From NCBI GenBank assembly GCA_963843145.1, contig CAWJJC010000020.1, forward strand, positions 64,001 through 128,000: DNA of 64,000 bases. The letters are read 5' to 3'. Position numbers and translations under genes: made by a program. The notes under the pieces were generated by a model, which was not told the origin of the DNA, made no database searches, and saw only the letters and a list, made by a program, of their open reading frames with translations. This document shows, in pieces, positions 48,947-58,140 of the stretch. Every line of letters starts with the position of its first letter. Positions within the stretch are counted from its first letter, which is position 1. Origin of the DNA: an uncultured delta proteobacterium. GTDB taxonomy: Bacteria > Desulfobacterota > RBG-13-43-22.

Positions 48947-50038
48947 ATGACCAACCAGTCCCTTTTTCCTTCTAAAAAGTTAGTATCCTGGTTTAATAAA
49001 AATCAGCGGACGATGCCCTGGCGCAGCGACCGCCATCCCTATACCGTTTGGGTGTCGGAGATTATGCTCCAGCAGACCCGGGTAGACCAGGTGGAGCCCT
49101 ATTACCGGCGGTTCATGGCCTGGTTTCCCGATACTCGGGCACTGGCGCGGGCGCCGCTGGAGAAAGTGCTCAAGGCTTGGGAGGGGCTGGGATATTACAG
49201 CCGGGCCCGTCACCTGCACCGGAGCGCCCAAGAAATAGTCAACCAGCACGGCGGAATCTTCCCGGACCGCTACGCCGAACTGGTTGCGCTTCCCGGCATC
49301 GGACGCTCGACCGCCGGTGCCATCTTAAGCCTGGCCTTTGACCGGCCTTATCCGGTGTTGGACGGCAATATCAAAAGGGTCCTGATCCGTTTTTACCACA
49401 TCGGTCGGCCGGTGGGCGAGGCGGTCACGTTAAACGAATTGTGGCGGAGGGCCGAAGAGTTGCTACCTTCCCGGAAACCCGGGCGGTTCAATGAGGCCCT
49501 GATGGAACTGGGCGCCCTGGTCTGCCTGCCGAGGAACCCGGCTTGCGGTCACTGTCCTTTGCGGGAGGCCTGCCTGGCCCTTCTCCGCGGAGATCCTGAC
49601 AAACTGCCGGTTAAGGCTCCGCGTCGGAAAATTCCCCACTACCAGGTCACGGCGGCCGTGATCCGGAAAGGCAAAAAGATTTTGATCACCCGGCGGCCGG
49701 AAAAAGGGCTTCTGGGCGGGTTATGGGAATTCCCCGGGGGTAAGCAAAAACCGGGAGAATCCTTAGAAGAATGTCTGAAGCGGGAGATTGAGGAAGAGTT
49801 GGGAATTGAGATCTCGGTGGGCGAGTCGTTTATGCAGGTCAACCACGCCTACAGTCATTTCAAAATTACCCTGCACCCCTTTTTCTGCCGTCACCTGAAA
49901 GGCCGCATACAAAAAATTGGGGTTATGGACTACCGCTGGGTGACTTCGGCGGAGCTGAGCGAATATGCCTTTCCCCGAGCCGACCAGCGGGTGATCGCCT
50001 ACCTGGCGACGGGTGGAATGCAAACCAAAAGTAGTTAA
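48947..50038 (+). CDS. mutY: A/G-specific adenine glycosylase with a C-terminal Nudix domain
   Basis: WVSEIMLQQT, LGYYSRAR, HhH LPGIGRSTA, C-x6-C-x2-C-x5-C Fe-S motif. Confidence 0.96.
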   Translation: MTNQSLFPSKKLVSWFNKNQRTMPWRSDRHPYTVWVSEIMLQQTRVDQVEPYYRRFMAWFPDTRALARAPLEKVLKAWEGLGYYSRARHLHRSAQEIVNQHGGIFPDRYAELVALPGIGRSTAGAILSLAFDRPYPVLDGNIKRVLIRFYHIGRPVGEAVTLNELWRRAEELLPSRKPGRFNEALMELGALVCLPRNPACGHCPLREACLALLRGDPDKLPVKAPRRKIPHYQVTAAVIRKGKKILITRRPEKGLLGGLWEFPGGKQKPGESLEECLKREIEEELGIEISVGESFMQVNHAYSHFKITLHPFFCRHLKGRIQKIGVMDYRWVTSAELSEYAFPRADQRVIAYLATGGMQTKSS

Positions 50039-50104
50039 AAATAAGAATAAAATTTACACCCCCTCAGCCGGCGCGCAGGATCAAAGGGAGGTAGATCCTC
50101 AGCG

Positions 50105-50300
50105 GCACCTGGAGCGCCTACAACTCATAGCCCTGTACCCCGTCGTTGGCGGTAAAATACAGGGTTTGGCCGTTTACGAATAACTATTGCGGCCAACCAC
50201 CTCCGGTAGGATTGATGTCGCAGACCATGCTCGTGCCGGTTTCCGTGCTGTCGCTCTGCCACAACTCGCGGCCATGGAATCGATCGTCGGTGGGGTGAGC
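50105..50300 (-). pseudogene. ELWxxDGT-repeat protein remnant
   Basis: HGRELWQSDSTETGTSMVCDINP...*LFVNGQTLYFTANDGVQGYEL*AL. Confidence 0.65.
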
Positions 50301-50378
50301 GATCCCCTCAGCCATTAACCCGCGGTGGGCGATGAGGTTGGCCATCTAGCCCGACATGAACAAGCGCTTGCTGATCGG

Positions 50379-51449
50379 TCAATGCACCTCGGCCGGCAAG
50401 AACTTGAACGGTTCAGCCGGTTTGAATTGGCTCGCGGCATTTCCGGAATAAAAAGTTCCTCCGGTCAGCGTCAGCCTTAGGGCGGGTTTTCCCGCGGCCA
50501 GATCCAGGTCGGCCAGATCGACCCAGAACACATTCGGACTGCGCGCCGAATCGAAGTAGTAGCGCTTGTTTTTGTGGTCCGACACCGTGCGCCAAAGGGT
50601 CGAGGAAATATTGGGTTGACCGGGCGTCTTGATCCCTAAGGGCACCGACACATTCCGAATCACCGAGAAGACGCTCGCAATCGCCTCGGCCCTATTGGCC
50701 GTCTTGGGGATGGCGTTGATATAGAAGGAAGCGCGCGCGAATCGATCTGCCGATCGGTTGGTGCCGGGCAACATAACGAGCCCGCCGATCTGTTGCCAGT
50801 AGGCATTCAGCGCGAGCTGCTGATCGAACTTCGGAGAATTCGTCATGACCTGATATTGACGTCCATGATGAATCGTCAATTTTCCCTCGATATATTCCAG
50901 TATAGCCGAGTCACCGGTTGAATCCGACATCGACAGATGGACGCTGCCGGCATGACCGTCCGGCGATTTGACCGGAACTACGTAGAACGGCTCCTGACGA
51001 AGCGCGGCCACCGCCTCCGCGACCGTGGCGTAATTGTCGAGCACGTATTGCACCCAAACCGAGATGGACAAGGGGAGGCGTTGGTCATTAGCCGCGGGCT
51101 GAGGATATTCGGATTCCGCCAGGTACAAGAGGTTGGCCACCAGACCCTGATCATTCAGGCCATCGGCCGTGCCGGCCTCGAATACCGAGGTGATGACGCT
51201 GCCGTATTTCGACGTCCAGCGGATCGATCTGCTGCCCGCCGCCCCGTCGCGCTGCATGCCGCGAGGGAAGGCCCAGAGGTTCGATCCCATGTCCGACAAC
51301 CAGTCCATGCTACGGGCGGTGATGATGGTTCCTTCGGGCCCGAGATAAACCGCTCGAGTGCAGGTTTGAGCCTCTGGCATCAATGCGATCGTCAGGGCAA
51401 AAAAAATCATCGCGGCCCAGAGGGCCGGTTTCGTCCATTGTATTTTCAT
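50379..51449 (-). CDS. Linear amide C-N hydrolase (choloylglycine hydrolase / penicillin V acylase family), exported
   Basis: Signal peptide then catalytic Cys CTR..., RSMDW, DGLN..GL, TNSP, DRFARA. Confidence 0.92.
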   Translation of the reverse strand: MKIQWTKPALWAAMIFFALTIALMPEAQTCTRAVYLGPEGTIITARSMDWLSDMGSNLWAFPRGMQRDGAAGSRSIRWTSKYGSVITSVFEAGTADGLNDQGLVANLLYLAESEYPQPAANDQRLPLSISVWVQYVLDNYATVAEAVAALRQEPFYVVPVKSPDGHAGSVHLSMSDSTGDSAILEYIEGKLTIHHGRQYQVMTNSPKFDQQLALNAYWQQIGGLVMLPGTNRSADRFARASFYINAIPKTANRAEAIASVFSVIRNVSVPLGIKTPGQPNISSTLWRTVSDHKNKRYYFDSARSPNVFWVDLADLDLAAGKPALRLTLTGGTFYSGNAASQFKPAEPFKFLPAEVH

Positions 51450-51475
51450 AATTCGTCCTCCGGCTTTGATGTAAT

Positions 51476-52387
51476 TCATCCTTGGTATTTAAGGAAAGTC
51501 CCCTGTTGATACTCTTCGAAGGCTATTTGTAATTCTTCATTGGTGTTCATGACTATGGGTCCATACCAGGCAACCGGTTCACCAATAGGCTTGCCGGAAA
51601 TCAGGAGGAATCTCACCTTATGCCCTTCGGTAGAGACCAAAATCTCGTCACCGTCAGCGAACAGAACAAGCGTCTCGTTGCTGACAAAGGGGTCGCGCTG
51701 AAGGTCAAAGTAGTTCCTTCCCACCACTTCGTAGCTAAAAGGATTTTTTTCCTTACAGAAATATCCCTGGCCTTCGATCAGGTAAGCGAAGACCGTATGG
51801 CCCCGTTTCGTGGGGTGCCGGAACTCTGAATGGGCCGGAACGGTAACGTCGATGAACTCGGGATCAATGACGATATCCAGTACCGGACCTTTAATGCCGG
51901 ATACTTCACCGGAAATGATCTTGATGGTCGCACCGTTGGGGAGTTTGACTTCGGGTATCTGTTCGCTCGTTACATCTCGATAGCGCGGGTCCATCATCTT
52001 GTCCCGGGAGGGCAGATTGGCCCAGAGTTGAAACCCGTACATTTTTCCGTTTCGATCGCCTTTTGGCATTTCCTGGTGGATGATCCCGCTGCCGGCAGTC
52101 ATCCACTGTACATCCCCCGAGCCGATAATCCCTTTGTTTCCAAGACTGTCACCGTGTTCGACGTCTCCCTCCAGAACATAGGTGATTGTTTCGATCCCGC
52201 GATGAGGATGCCAGGGGAAACCTCTCAGATAATGATCCGGATTATCAGAACGGAAATCGTCCAGAAGCAGAAAAGGATCGAACAGGGGCACCTCAGCGTT
52301 CCCCAGAGCCCTTTTCAGGTGAACACCGGCGCCTTCAATCGTTGGTTTGCTCTTTAGAACTTTACGGATTTGTCGAGTGGTAGGCAT
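51476..52387 (-). CDS. Pirin family protein
   Basis: DPFLLLD, HPHRGIETITY, WMTAGSGIIHQE, GPIVMNT. Confidence 0.95.
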   Translation of the reverse strand: MPTTRQIRKVLKSKPTIEGAGVHLKRALGNAEVPLFDPFLLLDDFRSDNPDHYLRGFPWHPHRGIETITYVLEGDVEHGDSLGNKGIIGSGDVQWMTAGSGIIHQEMPKGDRNGKMYGFQLWANLPSRDKMMDPRYRDVTSEQIPEVKLPNGATIKIISGEVSGIKGPVLDIVIDPEFIDVTVPAHSEFRHPTKRGHTVFAYLIEGQGYFCKEKNPFSYEVVGRNYFDLQRDPFVSNETLVLFADGDEILVSTEGHKVRFLLISGKPIGEPVAWYGPIVMNTNEELQIAFEEYQQGTFLKYQG

Positions 52388-52931
52388 CGCAAGTCCTTTC
52401 TTCGTGAAAAATAAGACTTCATCCTGTCTGAAGTGATTAAGCGGCCGGAGGTCGGCTGTCGAGAATAACTCATTGTTTTTTTTGTCTTTTCAATTTAATA
52501 GAATTATAGGTTGACAAATGAGGATCGGTCAAGAAAATATTGAGGAGCACATTTATTAGATGAACACGGGGAGGGAATCCAGGTGGTCAGGCAGATTAGA
52601 AGAGCGCAAAGGGTAGACGCGGATTTTCTGGCCAAAATCATCCTCATGGGTTGATTTTACTTTATCCCCCGGTTCTATGACCCCGGGGATGAGGTTATCT
52701 TCATTTTCTTTTTGACGGAAGCCCCATGAGAAGTTACTATGGTGCCCTTGGCAAAGGTAAGCTCTTGCTTGGGCCGAGGAATTTCGTCTGAAAATTTACT
52801 CATTGCAGGAGGGCAAGGTGTTCTTGAGCCCTGCCGGCCGGATAGAGAACCTAGACAGCTTGTTGATCGAGATCAGAAAACGGGCTAAGCACGCCAACCG
52901 ATAAAAAAGACGAAGGCATCGGAATCCGATC

Positions 52932-53843
52932 ATGACTGAAAAACCCGAGATCTTGACGACCCTGGCCGAAAGCCATTTGTTCGGCCATTTAAATCCTGAA
53001 ATCCTGAAAGCCATTTCGGAAATTGTCCAGGAGGTCGTCTTCCCTCCCGACACCACCATTGGTACGATGGGGGAGAAGGGAAAACCCTGTTGCCTCATTG
53101 CCTCCGGTCGGGTGAAGCTGTTCCGAACAAGCAAATCCGGGGCCGAGGTCGATCTGGTCCAATTGGTTGCCGGCGAGAGTTTCGGAGAAGTGGCCCTTTT
53201 GTCGGATGAACCGATCCCGGCTTCGGTAAAAAGCGTGGAAGAAACCCGGTTGCTCGTGATATCCAAAGATAGGTTTGATCCCCTGATGAGGCAATATCCT
53301 GAGATCAAAGAGGCTGTCGGCAAAGGGGTTTTGAGCTGGTTCCAGCGGGCCACTGCCAATATGGAAGGTCAGGCCGAGCTTCGAGCCAAGGATTCTCGCC
53401 TAAGATGGATCGACTTGGCCATCATTATCGGTCTCAGCCTCCTGTGCGCCCTGGCTTTTAATCATTCCAACCCCAAAGGGATACCTCTTATTCCCCAACG
53501 CGCTACCTTGGAAGGCGTTTCCTTTTTAAATCCCTCGGCCGTCTTCGAGAAACAGAAAAGAGGAGAAGTCCTTATCGTCGATGCCCTGCCTGCTATCTTT
53601 TATGATCAGGCGCATATCGCGAATGCGGTGAACCTACCCTTGGCCATCTTTGACTTTATGTATGATATGAAATTGGGGAAAATGGACAAGACCAAAGCCA
53701 TTGTGGTCTATGGGCGGACTATCAGCAGGCACTATGATGAGGAGGTGGCCACTAAATTGGTCATTCGAGGGTTCAAAAATGTGAGCATTCTAAATGGCGG
53801 GCTGGCCGCCTGGAAAAAAAATCACTATCCGGTGGCGCCATGA
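52932..53843 (+). CDS. cNMP-binding domain + TM + rhodanese-like domain
   Basis: GESFGEVALL; one TM; VDA...YDQAHIANAVNLP...GGLAAW. Confidence 0.85.
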   Translation: MTEKPEILTTLAESHLFGHLNPEILKAISEIVQEVVFPPDTTIGTMGEKGKPCCLIASGRVKLFRTSKSGAEVDLVQLVAGESFGEVALLSDEPIPASVKSVEETRLLVISKDRFDPLMRQYPEIKEAVGKGVLSWFQRATANMEGQAELRAKDSRLRWIDLAIIIGLSLLCALAFNHSNPKGIPLIPQRATLEGVSFLNPSAVFEKQKRGEVLIVDALPAIFYDQAHIANAVNLPLAIFDFMYDMKLGKMDKTKAIVVYGRTISRHYDEEVATKLVIRGFKNVSILNGGLAAWKKNHYPVAP

Positions 53844-54349
53844 AGGTCCTGGTCTCGTTTATGAAAAGGATTTTTACCAGCCCCTACCTTTCGCTGGCCT
53901 TCAGAGTCTATATAGCCTGGATTTTTTTACAAGCCGGCCTGGGTAAGATACCCGATCCCGCCCTATTCGCGGAAAACGTGGCCGATTACCGGATTATACC
54001 CTTCCTGGCGATTAACCTGGTGGCCCTGGTCTTACCTTGGCTGGAATTGATCTGCGCCTTTTATCTTTTTTTCGGTCTCAAGTCCAAGGCGACGGCAGCG
54101 ATTTTATCCGGACTCCTCTTCCTTTTCACCCTCTTCGTGATCATCAACGTCTTCCGGGGTGTATCCATGAATTGCGGTTGTTTTGATAACGTCGGAGAGC
54201 CCATAGGTTGGGCGAAAGTCACTCAGAACACGATTTGGCTTCTGATGACCATTCAAATATTTTTCTTTGACCGGATTCCTTTTTATCGCAGGAGCGAGTA
54301 CCTGTTTAAGAAGAAGACGCCGGAGATAACTCTCGTTTCCTCTTCGTGA
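53840..54349 (+). CDS. MauE/DoxX family membrane protein
   Basis: F.QAGLGKI.DP..F...V..Y.I, LPWLEL, CGCF. Confidence 0.88.
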   Translation: MKVLVSFMKRIFTSPYLSLAFRVYIAWIFLQAGLGKIPDPALFAENVADYRIIPFLAINLVALVLPWLELICAFYLFFGLKSKATAAILSGLLFLFTLFVIINVFRGVSMNCGCFDNVGEPIGWAKVTQNTIWLLMTIQIFFFDRIPFYRRSEYLFKKKTPEITLVSSS

Positions 54350-54702
54350 GGGAGACTATGCCCAGATCACCGAGATCGCTTAAGCGCTTTGTATTTCTGC
54401 TGACGGTTGTGATGTTGGTTACCGTAGCCTGCTCCCAGGAAGAAAAATTCTTAGGAACGTACACGCCCATCCCAAACAGCCCGCCGGAGTACTTCGACCT
54501 GTATGTGGAATTAAAAAAAGGCGGGGAGGGTGTCCGCCGCTTTCAGAGCGGAGAACCCATGGCCTTTCATTGGGTCGTCAAAGGCGACGAAGTGCGGATC
54601 CATACCAAATCCGGGGGAACTATTGTGGCCAGGAAGAAAGGAGATTTGTTTGAGGTAAGATTTCCCGGTCCCGAAGTGGTGTATTTTAGAAAGATTAAAT
54701 AA
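54346..54702 (+). CDS. Lipoprotein, hypothetical
   Basis: Lipobox TVAC; overlaps the upstream stop. Confidence 0.75.
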   Translation: MRETMPRSPRSLKRFVFLLTVVMLVTVACSQEEKFLGTYTPIPNSPPEYFDLYVELKKGGEGVRRFQSGEPMAFHWVVKGDEVRIHTKSGGTIVARKKGDLFEVRFPGPEVVYFRKIK

Positions 54703-54891
54703 TTTTCGGTCACTTCGCCCTTAAGCGGGAGTGCCTCTCTTATCCGGCCTGGCCGCCTGGGTATCTTGGGACATGGCGGAGCCCACCAATGATTTTGAAC
54801 TGCTGGAACTCTGGCAGACCTTCATGACCGGCAACTATTATTAGTATTTCCCCGCCAGGCCCAATGCCCGGCCACGCGAAGGCCCGTTGGA

Positions 54892-55506
54892 TTACCTCCC
54901 CTTTTTCCGGGGATCCCCCTTATCCAAAGGTGCGGCCGCTGACTTCCGGGCGCAATCAGGACAGAGACCACCCGGCGCCCCTGTTTCGGTTCGGGCCCGG
55001 ACATACCGGCTGAGCAACTCCCGATAATCTTCATCATCCCGAAACTCCCCGCAGGACCGGCAGACCGGCAAGAGGGAAGATGTTTCTTCAATCTGTTCGA
55101 GAAGTTTATTTCTTTCTAGACGCATTTTCCGGTATCCATCCACATTACGACGAATAGTGGCTGTGGTCAAGGCATTGACCAGGAAAGTCACCAGACGGAT
55201 GCCCATGTTCCAATAACGATAAAATTCGCTCGAATACCGGTAGGCGTTATAGTCGGCCAGGAACCAGGCCGCTGTCGAGGCGAAAGCAACGATCATCGCC
55301 GGGTAGAGACCCACATACCAGGCGGCCATGACGATCGGCACGAAATAAAAGACCAGGAAACCGAATTCATAGCGAGTCATATGGTCCAGCCACCCCAGGA
55401 TAACCACTAATAACAGGCTTAACCCGAAGCAAACACGGCGATGGTTGTTGAGGAAAAAGCTGGCCTGCTGAAGTAGATTCTTGCAGAAATTCTCGCTCGG
55501 CTTCAT
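54892..55506 (-). CDS. Membrane sensor-like protein (DUF4118-like TMs) with a C-terminal Cys4 domain
   Basis: Four TMs; LLPVCRSC..FRDD...GLCPDC. Confidence 0.75.
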   Translation of the reverse strand: MKPSENFCKNLLQQASFFLNNHRRVCFGLSLLLVVILGWLDHMTRYEFGFLVFYFVPIVMAAWYVGLYPAMIVAFASTAAWFLADYNAYRYSSEFYRYWNMGIRLVTFLVNALTTATIRRNVDGYRKMRLERNKLLEQIEETSSLLPVCRSCGEFRDDEDYRELLSRYVRARTETGAPGGLCPDCARKSAAAPLDKGDPRKKGR

Positions 55507-55545
55507 AGGACAAACCCACTCAGACGGTTCGGTCTGTCCCCCGGA

Positions 55546-55598
55546 CCTCTTCTATTTCCGAGGTCCAGGAGCAGTCGATGCACCCCTTGATGGATTGA
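55546..55598. repeat. 53-bp direct repeat of the OsmC-like gene 3' end (att-like)
   Basis: Matches 58146-58198 with 2 mismatches. Confidence 0.9.
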
Positions 55599-55625
55599 AT
55601 AGTAATCTATCACCAGGCCCGGTGA

Positions 55626-55728
55626 ACTACCACATCCGGCAGGGGATAGTGCTTTCATCGACCCGGGCCGATAATATCTTGTCCATTTTTAATCCCTCCC
55701 TAGCTTACGTTTACATAATAACGTAAGA
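55626..55728 (-). pseudogene. Ribbon-helix-helix antitoxin N-terminal remnant with a palindromic operator
   Basis: GGGAGG RBS, MDKILSARVDES...; upstream cttacgtt-N8-aacgtaag. Confidence 0.45.
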
Positions 55729-55879
55729 TTTTGTACGGATCAACGCCTTGTTGGCCGGGCTACCGGAAGAATTAACAATGAGAGATCCGCTAATTCCCGG
55801 TTGGCGTTTTCGAAGACGGCCCTGAAGGGGTTTGGAAGTGGTCTCGCCGGAGGGAGCGATAAATCTGCCGCACTACCTG

Positions 55880-56443
55880 TCACCGGCCGCCGAGTTCCTC
55901 CTCCAACTCCTCGACGACCTCTGCGACGAAATCGTGAAATCCCCAGCCGATGCCTTTGGTCATCTGCTCCACTCTGGCCAACCGGTCCCTGAATTGTGGA
56001 TATATGCCCTGCGCCTTGCCACGCAACAGGGCGGCCAGTTCGTCCAGCGCCGACCCCACGCTGTTGTAGAACCGCTCGTCAATGTCCCCATACTTGCGGG
56101 TGAATCTCGTGCCGTTCTCCACATAGGTCATCAGCAGTTCCGCCTTACCGGAAAGGTTGCCCGTGGCTTTGTGGTAATCGTGGATAGCCTTGCGCGCTTC
56201 TCCCAGCTTCAGTTTGCCAAAGCCTCGTGTGGGAAAGAACTGCTCTACGATCTTGCTCCGATATCTTTCCAGGGCCTCGTTGCTGCCCTCTCCGGCCTGA
56301 CAGCGGGCCTGGATAAAGTCCCGGTTCTCAGTGCCCGCTTCATAAAGGTCTTTCACCAGCGCGAGCAGCACGGGCTTCTCCCAGGCAGCGAGTTGTTGGC
56401 GGACCGCGCTCCAGCCGCTGGATTTCTTGGTTGCGTTTTTCAT
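55880..56443 (-). CDS. Conserved hypothetical helical protein (DUF6155-like)
   Basis: L..LVKDLY...ENRDFI..R...ARKAI.DY.KATG...YGDIDE.FY. Confidence 0.75.
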   Translation of the reverse strand: MKNATKKSSGWSAVRQQLAAWEKPVLLALVKDLYEAGTENRDFIQARCQAGEGSNEALERYRSKIVEQFFPTRGFGKLKLGEARKAIHDYHKATGNLSGKAELLMTYVENGTRFTRKYGDIDERFYNSVGSALDELAALLRGKAQGIYPQFRDRLARVEQMTKGIGWGFHDFVAEVVEELEEELGGR

Positions 56444-56706
56444 GTTTTCAATAGCCTCGGTTGAACGCGTTTCAAGGCGGGCAAAGATTCGGGCGGAACG
56501 ATCAGAGTGATGCTGCGCGCCTTTCCGGGCACGCGCCGAATCAAGCCCCGCCGTTCCAGCGTGAGTACCATCGAATGCACGCTCGGCGGCGTGACCTGGA
56601 AAAACCGTTGCATATCTGCTTCAGCCGGAGCGCAACCGTTCACGAGGCTGTATTGATGGATGTAGGCCAGGAACTGGCCTTGTCGTTCGGTGTAAGTCGG
56701 TTTCAT
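56440..56706 (-). CDS. LexA-type DNA-binding winged-helix protein (no protease domain)
   Basis: TERQGQFLAYI...PAEADMQ..F.VTPPSVH.MV..LE..GLI.R.PG.ARSI. Confidence 0.8.
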   Translation of the reverse strand: MKPTYTERQGQFLAYIHQYSLVNGCAPAEADMQRFFQVTPPSVHSMVLTLERRGLIRRVPGKARSITLIVPPESLPALKRVQPRLLKT

Positions 56707-56768
56707 AAAGGTTTGTGGGTGGTCGACATTGACACCATTCATGGCTCAGGCCTCCGTCGGGGCGAGCT

Positions 56769-57785
56769 TTATTCCAGCAGTTTTTTAATGTGACGATCAA
56801 AGTCGGACTCAAACAGGCGATCCTGCACGATACGGTATTTCTCGAACTCGCTCTCGGCAAAAGCCTTGGCGACTTCCTGGCTGACCTTACCGGGATTGTC
56901 GAGGATGTCCCGTTCGTTGAATTGGAGAAAAACGTTGAGTTTTTTGGCCCAGTCTTCCATGGTCATAGGGATGTTCCGCTCGGCCTGATCCTCGGCGTAA
57001 TCGAGATACATCGTCACAAACCGGTCCAGCGACTTCAGTTCCTTCTCGGTGAGGTAATTCTTCGCGATGGAGACATCCGGTTTGATGACCTTCCCGTGAG
57101 GAGCGTTCTTCCAAGTGGTCAACCCCATTTGCTCTTTCTTGCTATCAGCCCGTTCCACGATCAGTTCGGCGGCGGTGCGCCGATGGATGGCGAAATGGAG
57201 CTTGTTCTGTACAGTAGCGAAGAAGGCCTGGGTAGTTTCCGCGCCCGCGCTGTAATCCATCGCCGTGGCATAGATGTCGGTGATCTTCTGGTAGAACTTC
57301 CGCTCGCTCGCCCTGATTTCGCGGATCTCGGCCAGCAGGTTCTCGAAATACTCCTTGCTGAAGAAGGCGCCGTTCTTCAACCGCTCCTTGTCCAGTACGT
57401 AGCCGCGGATGGCGTAGTCGCGCAAAATTCCCGTTGCCCACTGACGGAACTGAATGGCGCGGGCTGAGTTCACCCGGAAGCCCACGGCGATGATGGCGTC
57501 GAGGTTGTAAAACCGCGTCGCGTAATCCTTGCCGTCCTCGGCAGTATGTCGGAAATCCCGACATACTGCTTTTTCATCCAGTTCTCCGGTCTCGAAGATG
57601 TTTTTCAGATGCTCGGTGATCGTGCTGCGGCCCTTGTCGAAGAGCACGCTAATCAGCTTCTGCGTCAGCCAGACGGTTTCCTCCGCCACCCTTACCTCGA
57701 TGCCGTCTTCGCCCGCCTGCCGGGTAAATATCAGGAACTCGGCTGTGCTGTTGCGGATCTGGAGTTTGTTTTTTCCCCTTTTCAT
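56769..57785 (-). CDS. rhuM: Virulence RhuM family DNA-binding protein
   Basis: VWLTQK...YNLDAIIAVGFRVNS..A..FRQWAT, IREIRASE..FYQK, QNKLHFA...TAAE. Confidence 0.93.
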   Translation of the reverse strand: MKRGKNKLQIRNSTAEFLIFTRQAGEDGIEVRVAEETVWLTQKLISVLFDKGRSTITEHLKNIFETGELDEKAVCRDFRHTAEDGKDYATRFYNLDAIIAVGFRVNSARAIQFRQWATGILRDYAIRGYVLDKERLKNGAFFSKEYFENLLAEIREIRASERKFYQKITDIYATAMDYSAGAETTQAFFATVQNKLHFAIHRRTAAELIVERADSKKEQMGLTTWKNAPHGKVIKPDVSIAKNYLTEKELKSLDRFVTMYLDYAEDQAERNIPMTMEDWAKKLNVFLQFNERDILDNPGKVSQEVAKAFAESEFEKYRIVQDRLFESDFDRHIKKLLE

Positions 57786-57839
57786 GGCCTGCTCCTATAG
57801 TTCTCCATAGAATGCACGATGCGGCGTTTGGTGTCAGTG

Positions 57840-58037
57840 TCAAGCATTTTTGACTTCCGATTTTTGATTTTTGATTTCAATCTCCCGATTTGAGGCCTTT
57901 GATTGTCCGGCAGTCTTAGCTGAGGCGACAAAAATAGCTGTTAATTCATCAGCCTCTTTCCATAACCCCTCAACAAGGCTGCGCTGCATCAGTTCACCAT
58001 CCATAATCAGTTCAAGCCAGAACTTGCATTCATCTGA
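57840..58037 (-). pseudogene. Four-helix-bundle (23S rRNA IVP / TIGR02436-like) protein, C-terminal remnant
   Basis: SDECKFWLELIMDGEL.......L.KEADELTAIFVASAKT followed by a heptamer-repeat tail. Confidence 0.7.
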
Positions 58038-58140
58038 CCTGGTTCAAGGATACGTAATCCTTTACATATTCAGGAATCATCTTGCGGTACAGGGGCGGCA
58101 CCGCCTTGAAATCCCCTTTATGAAAATACTAATCAGTCCG

